A DNA stretch of 55,615 nt, filler included, from Basidiobolus ranarum (Eukaryota): assembly GCA_040143965.1 (NCBI GenBank). It is 4 parts of 4 records of this genome, joined end to end, with 100 filler letters (N's around TTAATTAATTAA, not from the genome) between each part and the next. Parts side by side here need not be neighbours in the genome. Positions count along the whole stretch, not along the records: positions 13,949 to 27,789 come from JASJQH010007332.1; positions 27,890 to 41,712 come from JASJQH010007333.1; 2 more parts are not named here. The stretch is one strand, 5' to 3'. Below the pieces are notes generated by a model that was not told where the DNA came from, searched no databases, and saw only the letters and a program-made list of their open reading frames with translations. The number at the start of each line of letters is the position of its first letter. Position 1 is the first letter of the stretch. Position numbers and translations under genes: made by a program. Below, piece by piece: positions 23,039 to 37,308 of the stretch.

Positions 23039-24785
23039 AGTATAAATAGCAGTGGAAACTAAGTCACAATGATATGTTAGCAAAGCAGTATGTGAAGGGC
23101 TTTCTGATTTTATCTTCGTTTCTATATTTCCTGCTGCGAAATGGCTTATAAATACACCAAGGTAATTTCCAGAGTAGACTGATGACGATCAGGAGTCATC
23201 CTAATCTGATTCCTTGATCAGTGTCCAAACTATCAACCATTTTATGGAACGTAAATAATGAAGTTTAATCAGATTATTCTACCTAAGCTTCAATTACACA
23301 GAAAATATCCAAGAATTTGAAACTTGATTCAAATGGATCCCAAACCGTGGTAGTTTGCTGTTACAACGATTTCACTTACAACATTAGACATGGCTGAAGC
23401 TATCAAGTATTGAAGTGGATACTTATTTAATTACGAGTCAATGATTGCTCCGTAATAGGTTTTGACAGAAACACTGTTCTTCCATACCATTGTTTGTTTA
23501 TAATTGTAAGATTATACAAGTTGTACTAGGAACATTATTTTACGTGATACATAAATAGGAGATCGCGCTTTTCTTGAGCATCTATTAAGCTTTGGTGAGC
23601 TATATAATGGTGAAAAGGAAGCGAGGGATTACCCTTTGATTAATAAGCTAGTGTAACGAGTATAATCAGGTGACCATAGTATGAGTTTAGTCATGTTTGA
23701 TTCAATAATGGAGAAACAGGTATTCTCAAGATAGGTTTGAAACTCTGTATTATTAGCTAGGAGTACGATAGGAGTAATGTACAATCTTTATTATGAGGTC
23801 AATTGCTATCTATAAATTATTATACTAATAAAGCTAAATAGTTTTAGTGTTAGGAACATGTTTCTGGCACCTACTGGAGAGTTACTCTGGATACCTATCA
23901 GTCCAGGTAACGGACACCGTGTGTAGATCGATATACAACTTGAATCTCCAATCTCAGTCCCAACGGGATACTTGTACAAGTGTGGAAATTACTCCAGCTT
24001 TTTCTGAATACTCGAAAAGACAATTCATCCTACGTGTGATGGTTGAAAGATCTGAAAATCTCAATACCTCTAGGCCGTAATCGAATGAGCCATATTCGTT
24101 AATGGAGTACATGCATAGTAGCAATTAGTTTTAGCTATATGTATGAGATAAGAAGAGGAACGTTCTACTCTTGCATACATTGTATATTTACTTGAAGTCG
24201 CCAGACAATCGGATTGCTATGCTAAAGTAAGTTTACAAATATCAATAATATGGTACCCTGTTAAGCATTCAAGTGGTTTAAAATCACATGGATGCTTTAT
24301 GTGCAGTAAAAAATTGCTTTCTCAATGAACGATTCATGTTTGAATTTTTCTCATCCAGTGAGGCAAACTAAGAAATATACCATACATATTGTAAATGAAT
24401 AGTAATTTAATTTGTTAAGCTTGACAATCTCACTCGCCTCTAGCTTATTCTGGTTACCGAGATGTTAGATATGTGTATATGTCGATGTTCGTTTCTGGAT
24501 CATTTAAAATATCACCATAATTGGCTAAAGCATACCAATTTAGAAATTTTATTCGGATGTTACACCAATAAAGGAATTGGCATTATCCTCCTTTGATTAT
24601 ATTCAGTCTCGGGTAACTCGCGTTGATCAACTCCTAAATGCTGGGTTCCAATGCCGGAAGTTACAGCATGAACATATTTAAAGTGTGCAAATGAAGAAAC
24701 TTTGGTCATTTAGTGCTACTAATATCTTTCTTTCAAAGTGTTACTTTTATTTTTTCCTCTACATACTCTAGATAATTAATGAACA

Positions 24786-25169
24786 ATGCCAGTCGGACAT
24801 AAATTACTCTCCTACGATATCCGCGAAAGACCTCAGCGAACAGATAGCTTAGGCCACCAAAACAATGCAATGGGTAACTCCTCTTGGAGTCATATTTTCT
24901 CCAGATTCTTTGTACGTCGAACTAAAAAGAGGTGTAGCGGTAAAAACTTCTGTTACCGTTCTTCAAAATATGAAAAACTAGAGCTTGCCGAGGCCAAGGT
25001 GGAACTCCAAAAAGAGACGAATGATTTTGATAACATCGTCACACACGGATTTAGTTTGGGTCAGGCAGGATCTCGTCAGCCAACTATTCGCTTCTCGCTA
25101 ACACCCAAAAAGTTACGACACCCTCAGCTGGATATGAGAAGGTATCCAGAACTAAGTAAAAGTTTTTGA
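24786..25169 (+). CDS. Small hypothetical protein with C-terminal FDxIVxxGF...PTIRFSLTP motif
   Basis: 127-aa ATG ORF that shares its C-terminal motif with the convergent ORF 26077-26448. Confidence 0.6.
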   Translation: MPVGHKLLSYDIRERPQRTDSLGHQNNAMGNSSWSHIFSRFFVRRTKKRCSGKNFCYRSSKYEKLELAEAKVELQKETNDFDNIVTHGFSLGQAGSRQPTIRFSLTPKKLRHPQLDMRRYPELSKSF

Positions 25170-26076
25170 ATCCATAATATCAACTTACGAACGATTGGGA
25201 GTATCTAGAACTCCTACGATTACTCATTGTTCGAAAGGCATCTGGAGCTTCTCTTTGGTTCATTACTTTTTTAATTAATATTCACTACATATTTCATTTA
25301 TAGACCTACTATTTAATTTATTACGATGTAAATTAATCTAATCTTTCTCTGCATTATTCCCCAAGACAGTTTACATCTTGCTAATACACCATCAATTTAA
25401 CCTAGTAATTGAACGAAAATAACCTATAATCTTGGCATTCATGGTCATATTAATTAAAAGCTCTCATTTCGAACCGATTTTTTTTATCAAAAGTTTAGTA
25501 AGGTACTAATAACATCACATCACCATAATGCTTAGTATACTCGAATAATCTTACAATAGTATGAAGGTTTTTTATTTTTATACTCCAACATTTGGAATCG
25601 TCTTGCCTGCTATTTTGAATCTTGCCCGGCTAATGATCAAGTAATACGTTTTCGTAACAAATACAATGAAGGCAAAAATGTATAAAAATGTTCAAAAAAT
25701 GGAAAACTTGATAAACATCGAAAAGTATATAAAAGTGTACAAAAAATGGTTTGCCAATTGCCATTAGTAGTAGAGCTCTACAAATAACTAAAAAAAGTAT
25801 CGCTAATTTGATCGGTATTTTTCGTATTAGTCATTTTTGTACATGAAGACGTTGACATAAATATTACAAACTGAAAAAATGTGTACATGATGCTCAATAA
25901 GTATCTCGAGTAGAATCGAAACCCACGAAGCAGGAAGTGGCACAAACAGTACATAAATTGATGGCTTATAAGGCAGTTGATCAACCCTACTGAAGTCCAA
26001 AAAAAACCGTAAATATACAAAACAGTGCTATCTTCTCAAATGTGTACCTACATTGTGTGTATGATACGGAAAATTT

Positions 26077-26448
26077 CTAGGCACGCAATACCCGTGGAGT
26101 CAAAGAAAATCTCAATGTAGGCTCCCGTGTTTCATCAATCAAGAAGCCGTTGCTAAGTATCTCTTCAAAATTTTCCAGTTGCTTCAATGTGCCTTTGGCT
26201 TCTTCAAAGTCGAGGTTATCTAGTATGAAATGGTTCAACTCAGGCTGGCCTGTGCATGCAGCACATTGACATTGCTCTGACGTTGTTGATTCTACCACAG
26301 GTTTGGTTCTATTGAATATCTTTCGAATAACTTTCCCTATGGATTTACGAAGCTTTAAACGTTGGTGTTCATCTTGCTCCAATGGAATAGATCGTAAAGA
26401 GTTGGTTTCTGAAGATTTCGGTCTTGATTTGAATAAAGAAGTGCGCAT
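26077..26448 (-). CDS. Small hypothetical protein with C-terminal FEEILSNGF...PTLRFSLTP motif
   Basis: 123-aa ATG ORF with a motif paralogous to 24786-25169. Confidence 0.6.
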   Translation of the reverse strand: MRTSLFKSRPKSSETNSLRSIPLEQDEHQRLKLRKSIGKVIRKIFNRTKPVVESTTSEQCQCAACTGQPELNHFILDNLDFEEAKGTLKQLENFEEILSNGFLIDETREPTLRFSLTPRVLRA

Positions 26449-27381
26449 TGGTGTGGATGTAACAAATATTAAGTCTAATCGCTAAGATGGGCAACGCAAA
26501 AAGTAGAACTCAACAAGAATAAAAGGGTGTATGATACTGTCTATAAGATCTCAAACCTCTGAAGATAGGTGCAGGTAAAAACAAGAGATTTTTTGATTTT
26601 GAAACTCAAGGTAGAGTTAACTCTGATATCTATATAGCTAGCCTGAGTTCTAGGGGAATGCAGTAATATTCTCATCTACACAAGTACTGCTTAACTTCGT
26701 ACAGTTTACATGCCTTAGCGTCTAGATTTTATTTGCCAAATAACAAATATTATTTAACTTCCTTAAATTAATCAACACATCATTCGCTCAAGCACTATGT
26801 AAGGAGTATATATTTGATATTAGTTTAGAAATTCTCCAACACTCGTACTCAGCTTGCAGCGCGTGCTTCTTACCTGAAGATACTTAAATATTGGTAATAC
26901 AAACTCTTGATGACTTCCTTGGCTTAGCTCGTGTAAAGAGCAATACATGTTCCCAATTATTAAAGTGAATCCCAAAAACACCATTAATTTGGATTACGAA
27001 TGACTGAGAGATCTGACCCACTTCATCACTACCAATAACTAAACCATGATATATGAGCACGATTCGACTTTTCTACGCTTCTTCATAGAAACAGCTAAAT
27101 CATGTCAATAACCTAAATGTGTTGAGACCTATCAACAAACTCCGGCAAACAGTACATTTCAATTCATGTTTATCATAACCAAAAATAACTACCTAAAAAT
27201 ATCGTGCGCCTATCATTCATACGATCTATTTCATTAATGCATAAAAGCTAATTAATTGCGTAACATAAATCTGGTTAAATATTTACTTTAATTATATCAA
27301 ATGCTCATTTACATAATCGCAAAGGGATGGAGTTGAATAGATATGGAAGAATTTTGACCATAACTCCACAATCGAGCCCAT

Positions 27382-27789
27382 CTACTCAAGAGTAGATTTG
27401 AAGCGATAAGTTTTAGTATCTTCTGGGAATCTACAACCCAATTCCTCGAGTTTGACGAATGCCTTGGCAAAGTCGGCGAGAAATCTATCATTATCTTTGG
27501 CGTAAATTTCAGTGTATTTCTTAAATGCTGGATCTTTAACCATTTCCATGTCAGTTGGCAACATCATCAACTCTCCAGATGTTTTGTCAACATACTGGAA
27601 GGGTCCGTTCCATTTCTTCGGAACCCATTGCTCCTCAAGCAATAATCGATAATACTCATTTGTAAACATAGTAGGGGAAGTGGTCCATGGGCCATCAAAT
27701 CCGGAACGGTCGGCGTGACAACGTCCAAGAGCATGAGCACCTGATAAAGCAACAATTTCTTGATCAGTGAAGCCCATACGATAAAAGAT
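27382..27789 (-). CDS. CCP1: Cytochrome c peroxidase, C-terminal part (5' truncated by contig end)
   Basis: [59 protein letters not shown]. Confidence 0.9.
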   Translation of the reverse strand: MFYRMGFTDQEIVALSGAHALGRCHADRSGFDGPWTTSPTMFTNEYYRLLLEEQWVPKKWNGPFQYVDKTSGELMMLPTDMEMVKDPAFKKYTEIYAKDNDRFLADFAKAFVKLEELGCRFPEDTKTYRFKSTLE

Positions 27790-27889
27790 NNNNNNNNNNN
27801 NNNNNNNNNNNNNNNNNNNNNNNNNNNNNNNNNTTAATTAATTAANNNNNNNNNNNNNNNNNNNNNNNNNNNNNNNNNNNNNNNNNNNN
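27790..27889. other. Artificial contig linker
   Basis: 100-nt N spacer with TTAATTAATTAA. Confidence 0.98.
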
Positions 27890-28547
<658 letters not shown>

Positions 28548-29571
28548 AGTATTCGAAAGTATTGACCAAGTCAAAGAACAGCGCCACCATTGCAACGAGA
28601 GCTAAGTACTCTTTAAAATACCATTTTACTGTCGTAATTTACCGGCACCGAACCCTTTTTTGAAATTCTTTCCCTAGAGTTGGGGCAATTGTAGAGCAGA
28701 ATAGGTTCCTGAATTTCATGATAGACACCCCCACTCTGATGGGATCCTTCAAACTAGCTTTTGTCACTAATAGGGAAATGCACTCCCGTGCATTATCCAG
28801 ATTAAATCATTCTGTAATATAAATTTGGGCTATTTCAATTACAGTGCTCTATTCAACCACGACATCTATTTGCAAAAGCGGATATACGACATTTTAACCT
28901 GATAAGACATGCGGACTAATATTAAAGTATGTACGACCAATGCAACCATCTGAGTACGCATTTGTATGATGATTTACATCTAATCAACGGATAAAAACCC
29001 GGTCGACATTGGGGACTTCGGTTGGTGCAAAATAATAATATCAATAGGTCCAACTTGCGTCCACGCCTATCGGAATAAATCCAAGAAACATTCCCAGGTA
29101 ATATTGGCAGATGGAGATGCTGCTGTGCGGTAGTAATGGTATCTTACCTATTGTAGCGATTGCAGGGTGCTGTTTGATGAAGTATATCAAGCATAAGCAA
29201 ATATCACGTGAAAGCATTGCTCTTCTGATATATCCAACCTCATAATTGGTTTAAGAAGCATCGCCAAGTTGTTTAGTAAGACTTAGGTTAGTTGCGAAAT
29301 GCAAAGCCATACAAGAGTATATATGACGTACAGGGTTGTTCAGAATCATGGCCACAGTTGAAGGCCCTATATTGGAGTGTTTCTAGGTATGGTGCCGCTA
29401 AGTAAGCTACTGGAATGCCTCAAATATCTCATGGCGAAAATTCTTCCTGATTTATCCGATCAAGAATGTGGAAATGTATCAATCTTGGAGGAAATTTTTG
29501 GAGTCCACCACAACTGTTCTCTTGTGTGAACTCAGGTCCAATTTCAACTATATTTCACTATCTGCCATAGT

Positions 29572-30661
29572 ATGCACAAATTGACTGTAAGTGGCAACTC
29601 TAATTGTGTCTCTTCTTACCGCCATTTATGTGCTAAGTAGAAGCACTCAACAATTGTTTGTCTATTTTATATCAGAGGCTTTACAGCGTTCGACGAAACC
29701 TCCTGAATTTATCTCGTCAAAATACATGCAGAACTTTTGTAAGTAGTTTAAAAAGCAATCACCAGGTAGGATTCAATATTACCCTCTGCCATTCGAAAGT
29801 AAACCTAACCCATCTCTTTCTCCAGGTATATAGTACATCTTCAAACCAGAAAGATGTTCAAAAAGACGAAGAAGCACCAAACAGCCTTCTCGCGAGATTG
29901 ATGAGCCCAGTTGTCGACTATTACAAACCAAAGTATCATGTTATTCAACTTGGAGAGATATTTTACAAGACTTGCGCATTACAAGGCTGTGACAAAGAAT
30001 TTTACATTAAAGGTTACAACACCCGTAATTTCTTTATATTTAGCTGAACTTACTAACCGTAAATCCCTATTTTCTAAATCAGATTGTAATCTCCCAGACA
30101 ATTTCCAAACATGGTTTTCTATCACCCAACTTCACGTATGGATGCTCATGGTCAGACTTCGAGCAGAGCCTAACGGGAAAGAAATTGTGCAGCAGATGGT
30201 TAATTTCTACTTTTTGGATGCTGAGCAACGTATTAAAGATGCAGGAGTAAATACACAAAATTATGTAGCATTTTATTTATTTAATGAAAGCTAACCCTCA
30301 TAATTGTTGCTTAGGTTACTTCTAGTAAGATTGTCACAAGTACTGTTAAAGATCTAGTGGCCGGCTTTCATGGTGGCGTTATGGCCTATGACGAAGGGAT
30401 GTGTAAAGACGATCCGGTCTTAGCAGCTGCTTTATGGAGGTTTGTATTTTTACAGCAATAGACTTAAACTTGTCCATGTTCTGATTTTTGGTGATGGTTT
30501 GTAGAAACCTTTTCACCACCGTGTTGAGTCACAAGCATGGAAAAGAAATGGCTTATATGACACGCTACGTACGTGAGCAACTTTCACATCTTGATCGTAT
30601 CTCTTCTGAAGAGCTTCAATCCGGCAATCTGGAATTTGGCAAGCCCAAAGCTTCACTATAA
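29572..30661 (+). CDS. CBP3: Ubiquinol-cytochrome c reductase assembly chaperone Cbp3/UQCC1, multi-exon
   Basis: Micro-exon MHKLT (29572-29586), then intron 29587-29675 and an Arg-rich presequence. Motifs LPDNFQTWFSITQLHVWMLMVRLR, AYDEGM..DDPVLAAALWR|NLF, YVREQLSHL. Confidence 0.88.
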
Positions 30662-31160
30662 CCTGTATCTTTTCTCACAAATTCAACGCATCACATGACT
30701 ATTGCTTTTGCTGTACTCATAACACATCTTTGAGGAATCCACAGATATTTATTTTCCATAAATTCCTCCTATTCTTCTCGGTTCCTTGTAACTAAAGTAT
30801 CTGCACCATTATTTGCTTTCCAGCTAAAATAAATCAGTCTCCATTATTTGTCTGAAGCTTATCTTTATACCAAGTTAGATTCGCGAGTTTTTAGATGGTA
30901 GTTTTGAGTAATTTGGGAATATAGCCGATGCTAATGATGGATTACCTTCGCTTCGCATGAAATTATCGCTTAGATTATGATGGGTTAATTCATAGCATCT
31001 GAGATTGCTAGAAGTTAGCCCAATACCCCATGCGAATTTTCCCTGGGGGGTAGTTTGATTTAGATATGATATTGGCCAAGGAAATAAGGCCTGGAAATTG
31101 TTACGGAAAAGCTCGCTCTTATTTTATAGTTGAAAGTGAGCATTTGTGAAGTGTAACAAC

Positions 31161-32002
31161 ATGCCTGAAGTCGCTATTGAAACTCCCTATCCCGTTATCG
31201 ACACTGACCCTCATTTCTTCCGGGTTGTTCGTTACTTCCGACTTGAAGATTACGCTCTCTTAGCCGCAGGCACAGCTGCTTTCCCTGGTGCTATGCATCT
31301 GATGGGTAGGTGGTGTTAGTGATTTCTCTTTCTTATACATTCCGGCAACTACCATTACATGACTGAAGAGAGAAAAATTTCTTTATTTTGTTTTATATCG
31401 ACTACAACCTATTGAACTACATTTGATATACTTCAAATACCCTATGTTCATTTGCAAACTTTTCTATTGGAACTTTAGAATATATTCATCCTACCGGCTC
31501 TCGTATGAGCCCTACATTGTGGAAAAATGCTATGAGATCCTCCATATTTTTCGGAGCTGTTGGTAGTTTCTTACTTGCTTATCAAAATAGTAGCTGTAAG
31601 TATTTAGCTTGAATACAAACTTCATTCACAAAGAAAAGGTAAATTTTACACCCACTTTTCTAGTCCGTTTCTGGGGTTGGAGAGAAAATGAACGCGAAGT
31701 CAGAAAGGATTTCATCGAAATGAGAAAAAGAGCCAATGAAGGCAAACCTTTATACGGTGAATCCAATCTCAATGATTATTCCCAACGAGTTGCCGCCCAA
31801 AACTCTCGTTATTCCGCCTTAAAATTTGGTAAGAGAGGGTTTATTTTTGACACTTCAATTGAGTATTCCTTCCTAATCGACGTATATCTTGGAATGATAT
31901 TCAGCTGCCGTTCCTTTCTTCAATTTCGCCAACCATAATTACCATGGTGTTGATACGGACAAATATTATAAAGGAGTTGATAGAAACAAGGATTTAGAGT
32001 AA
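31161..32002 (+). CDS. NADH-ubiquinone oxidoreductase 21 kDa (NUXM/20.9 kDa) subunit, 4 exons
   Basis: YPVIDTDPHFFRVVRYFR, FLLAYQNSS, RFWGWRENERE, PLYGES, NSRYS, PFFNFANHNYHGVDTDKYY. Confidence 0.9.
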
Positions 32003-33206
32003 AATAGAAAATCTTATTAGAGAAAAATGTGTTGGTTTCTATCCTTGACTTAAACCAATGATAACAGCCTACATATTGTTAAGAATTTCTCTTTTATTAC
32101 TTGTTGAATTTTTTTCTTTATGTGAAACAAAAGTCCAAGGGTTTTGGTTCTAATATAAGAAACCGACTTTTCTTTTCAAATATACATAAACCCCAGATAA
32201 CCCAAATTTAGATCCCATTTTGAACTTTTTTCCCTTAATTTGTTTTAGAAGTATTCTATTAAACGGAAAATGTACAGAAGTTCATGAAAGGTTAATTCCC
32301 CAGGTTGTTTGGTTTCAGTACATGAGCTAGTGTACTTGTTTTTGAAAAATCCATCTTTAGCACAAACTGATTTTGATGCTTTTTATAATAGATGGACTAC
32401 TTTATTGCTAAACGGAGTGTCTATTGGAGTAAGAAGGTTGCCGCCTATATTGATTATTAGATAGTTTAAAGTTAGAGTTGGAAAGAGGTGATTACATTTA
32501 TGACGAAAAGCTATTAGGCGATTTTATGCTATTCGTATTTTTTCGCAGCTCTAAACCATATTTCCCATCTACGTATGCTACTGTCTGAGATTGATAAGTA
32601 TCCTTGGTACGATATTATTAGGTGTCTAAACGGTAGCATTCCATCACTTGGGGTTATTCTCATGGTAATTGGATTGAGAGAATGAGCAAAAAACGGACTC
32701 TATATGTTAGGTCAGAAAACTTTGACGAAATCCAGTGAAGATGTAGGTGTTTATTGATATTCAAACAAACTGAATGGAGTCTAGCAATGCACAGAATCCT
32801 TTAGAACAAAAAATCAGATATGTAGGCAACTTTCGCGATGGTCTAACAACATTACAATTCTTGAGAGGGATATATAATAATGCAATGTAGACACGAAAAT
32901 TCGTCAGAAAATAATCATCGAAGGATAAATACGAGAATGGCATCATGGATGAGAGAGAAAATCCAAAATTGATTCTCAAGAAGTGGACTCAAAAGGAAAA
33001 TTCATAAAAGTGGAATCGGAGAGATAATCAAGAATTATAAAACAGAGTAGAAAAGATCTAGTATGTTCATATATACATATACAGAGATATGGCGCTCTAA
33101 TCTTACCCATACATGAGAAGAGAAGACAGGAATATATATATAGTAGTGCTTAAGCGTAGCCCCAACTTGCAATATTACAACAGGTCTTTATGTACTGTTC
33201 TTCAAC

Positions 33207-34583
<1,377 letters not shown>

Positions 34584-36203
34584 CGTTGTTACCTTTGAGA
34601 AGGAAAAGCTTTGGAAATGTAGGGATATATAGTATACAACAGGTGTCTATTTCGAGCAAATTTGAAGACAGAAGGGGTCGAAAATATCTTACGAAACAGA
34701 CAAGTGAAAAGTAAGGGCAAGGCATGACCTCTGCTGATCCTTTTATTTATAACAAGGATTTGAGAAAGGCGATAGAAATCATGCCCACGCTGTGCGGGGC
34801 ACAGATTTTGTGACCAAAAATCTACGAATGAAACATGCTACTAATGTGAACATGAATAGACCAGTAATAGCTATTGACTTTGTATATCAATACCGAATGA
34901 TAGCGGACTCATCATGAATTCCTTATGAAGGCACCCGCCTTTCATGATGAGCAAGAATAGTACAGCTCTCCAAACTTAAATTGCTATCTGCTTTACTCGA
35001 GATCGTATGCTTCTTTCACGCCGGTCGCTGGATCATTGATATAACTAGTCTGTATCTGGCGCGATCAGTCGTAGCTTTAAATTTTGAAACAAGCTTGCGT
35101 GGATATTTCGAATGTGGAGTGTATGCTAATCATCGTAATCCTTCCAATCCCAGGCATAAGATTGTTTTTATTACAATGCATTTGCTTAAATTTGCATACC
35201 ACCTAATGCTACTTGAAAGTGAGCAGATGTTGATTGCTTCAGTCAACCTTGCTTCACTGGGAGGGATATTCCACTTGGCCACTTTGCCATATACGCTCTC
35301 AGTAGTGATCGTACTCGCGTGAATGTGCATGTAGCCGGTGTTGTACCTACCCCGACCTTTCCTCGCCAAGGCAGCAGCTCTCTCCAACCTTTTTCTTTGC
35401 TGATCCTTAGTAGTCTTATCTCGAGCGGACTTTAGAGTTTTATAAATGTTCAAAACGGAATATTGGCCAATCTGTATCCTCTATCTTCATATTAGTTTGA
35501 CTTCCAACGCCAATGTTTCGCCTACGATCCTCACTTGGATCTATCCTGTATTATTTATTCGACTTGTAACCTCAGTGGCTAGATTAAGGTTGGAACATCC
35601 ACTCAAACGCGCAGAATATTAGGATGAGCTGACATTTCTATTATCCTTCAAGAGTGTTCAAAAGTTTTTTTCTGTATTATACTCCAAACCCACCGCGTGG
35701 ATGTTTCCTTCGGGTTTCTCTAAATACTTACTCTCTGAACACTATATCAGCTCTTACCCACGACAGGCCAAGAAACCAAACAGAGTTACATTACTAGTGA
35801 TATAAGTCGAAATATCTGCTGGGAGGCACACAGAACCAAGGGTTTTTAATGTATCCGCTACAGTTTGGTTCTATGGGTCACCCTGATGTGTCATAGATTT
35901 AATGGCTAGTAAAACAATTTGTCACCTGCAAGAAGTATTGGATTTAAATATCGCATAGCCAATATCGGCTGGTGAATATCCATAATTAGTATCGGAACTA
36001 ATAGGAGCTGACATTGAACTTGTAATTCCTGTGACTCTACTTGTTCAACATATATACCGTTTGCTTCTCTTTATTGAATTTCACCCGGACTCTCTACGTA
36101 TTACACTAACAACGCCAACCGCGATTATATTCTGAACCTTCTCTCCTGAAATTCACTGTTATCTTTCCATCCCTTGTTGCCTCCATAACAATTGACAACA
36201 ACG

Positions 36204-36743
36204 ATGTACCTTAATCATAAATTATTCGTAACGATTACCATTTTACTTCTAGCCCATTTATCTACCTCTACTTTACCGGAGTGGTATGGGAGTCAAAACC
36301 ATGAAACACATGATTATTATACTTTGAGATTAAATACTGCTCATGTCTCACCTTCCGATATCGCTTCTTTGCTTGGTATTGAGTATGTTGGAGATGTGGG
36401 GGGTGTGCAAGATTATCATTTATTCTCCACTCCAAAAAGTTACCAACATCCTCATGGTTCAGTCGAGAAACGGTTTGCCCAGTTGAAAGAGGATCACAAT
36501 TTAGGCAACTTGAGAAAGCGAGAACTAGAAATATTTAGTCAAATTCAAGGTCTACTCGAAAAGCAAGTCCTTAAGAAACGAACTAAGCGGATTTCACATG
36601 AACTACCATCAAATCTCCAATATGTTTCAGCGATACATAGGAAGAAAAGTATAGCTAAAAACTTCAATTTTAGTGAACCTAACCAATGTGAACTAGTCAA
36701 TTTAGAATTGCAACGTCAGTGTTCAGTGGAGGGCCTCTTTTGA
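36204..36743 (+). CDS. Kexin (Kex2)-like propeptide-only ORF (signal peptide plus S8 prodomain, no catalytic domain); possibly a pseudogene
   Basis: Signal peptide; HDYYTLRL..SPSDIASLLGIEYVGDVGGVQDYHLFSTPK; EKQVLKKRTKR processing site; degenerate NQCELVN (~QWHLxN), then stop. I saw no subtilase motifs before MCM7. Confidence 0.65.
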   Translation: MYLNHKLFVTITILLLAHLSTSTLPEWYGSQNHETHDYYTLRLNTAHVSPSDIASLLGIEYVGDVGGVQDYHLFSTPKSYQHPHGSVEKRFAQLKEDHNLGNLRKRELEIFSQIQGLLEKQVLKKRTKRISHELPSNLQYVSAIHRKKSIAKNFNFSEPNQCELVNLELQRQCSVEGLF

Positions 36744-37308
36744 AATTTGATTTACTCTTTGTCTTCCTTAGTTTCATGATACATATGTGATTAGTTTCGA
36801 ATTAATAGCAATAAACCCTTGAATTGTCAAATATGAAATTACTAGTTACATATATAAGAAAACTGTACAGGTGCAGAAGGACAGTATTCACATGGCAATA
36901 TTTAGGCATGACCAAGAAGCCGTGCTAACGTCGAATAAAATCCTGTACCATTGCCAGGATGAATAAAAGATTCAAAAATTGTAGCAACATGTAGCTATAA
37001 TATTTTATTAAATTTAAAGCAGTGCAATATTTGTTCGATATTCCCAAGTAACTCCACGAAATTAGTACTAGGTTGACCAACTCATACAAGCCAGGGTATG
37101 CCATGTAAAAGTTAGCCCAATCAATAATAATGTTTACAAAAATCAAAAGTCTGGTTGAGCAAGAAGGTGAAATCTTGACAACAGTGAAATATAATTAGTT
37201 GTTATATTTGAGACTATCTATTAAGCTGGTGTTTTTATTCACTCTTTAATACTTGTGTCTGTAAAAGTTTATTCACATAACTATATTTGCAATATTTAAG
37301 TAATAATC

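Noticed and set aside
25660-25750. A-rich quasi-repeats (AAAAATG units)
   Set aside because: Low-complexity terminator/3' UTR sequence between convergent genes; no regular unit or spacer structure, and not CRISPR-like.
29658-29675. Apparent non-AUG (TTG) start of CBP3
   Set aside because: An upstream ATG micro-exon (29572-29586) with a GTAAGT donor and a pyrimidine-rich CAG acceptor at 29675 gives a normal in-frame start.
34981-35453. Overlapping ORFs 34981-35322 (+) and 35130-35453 (-)
   Set aside because: Non-ATG starts and no recognisable motifs; possibly a decayed element but unsupported.
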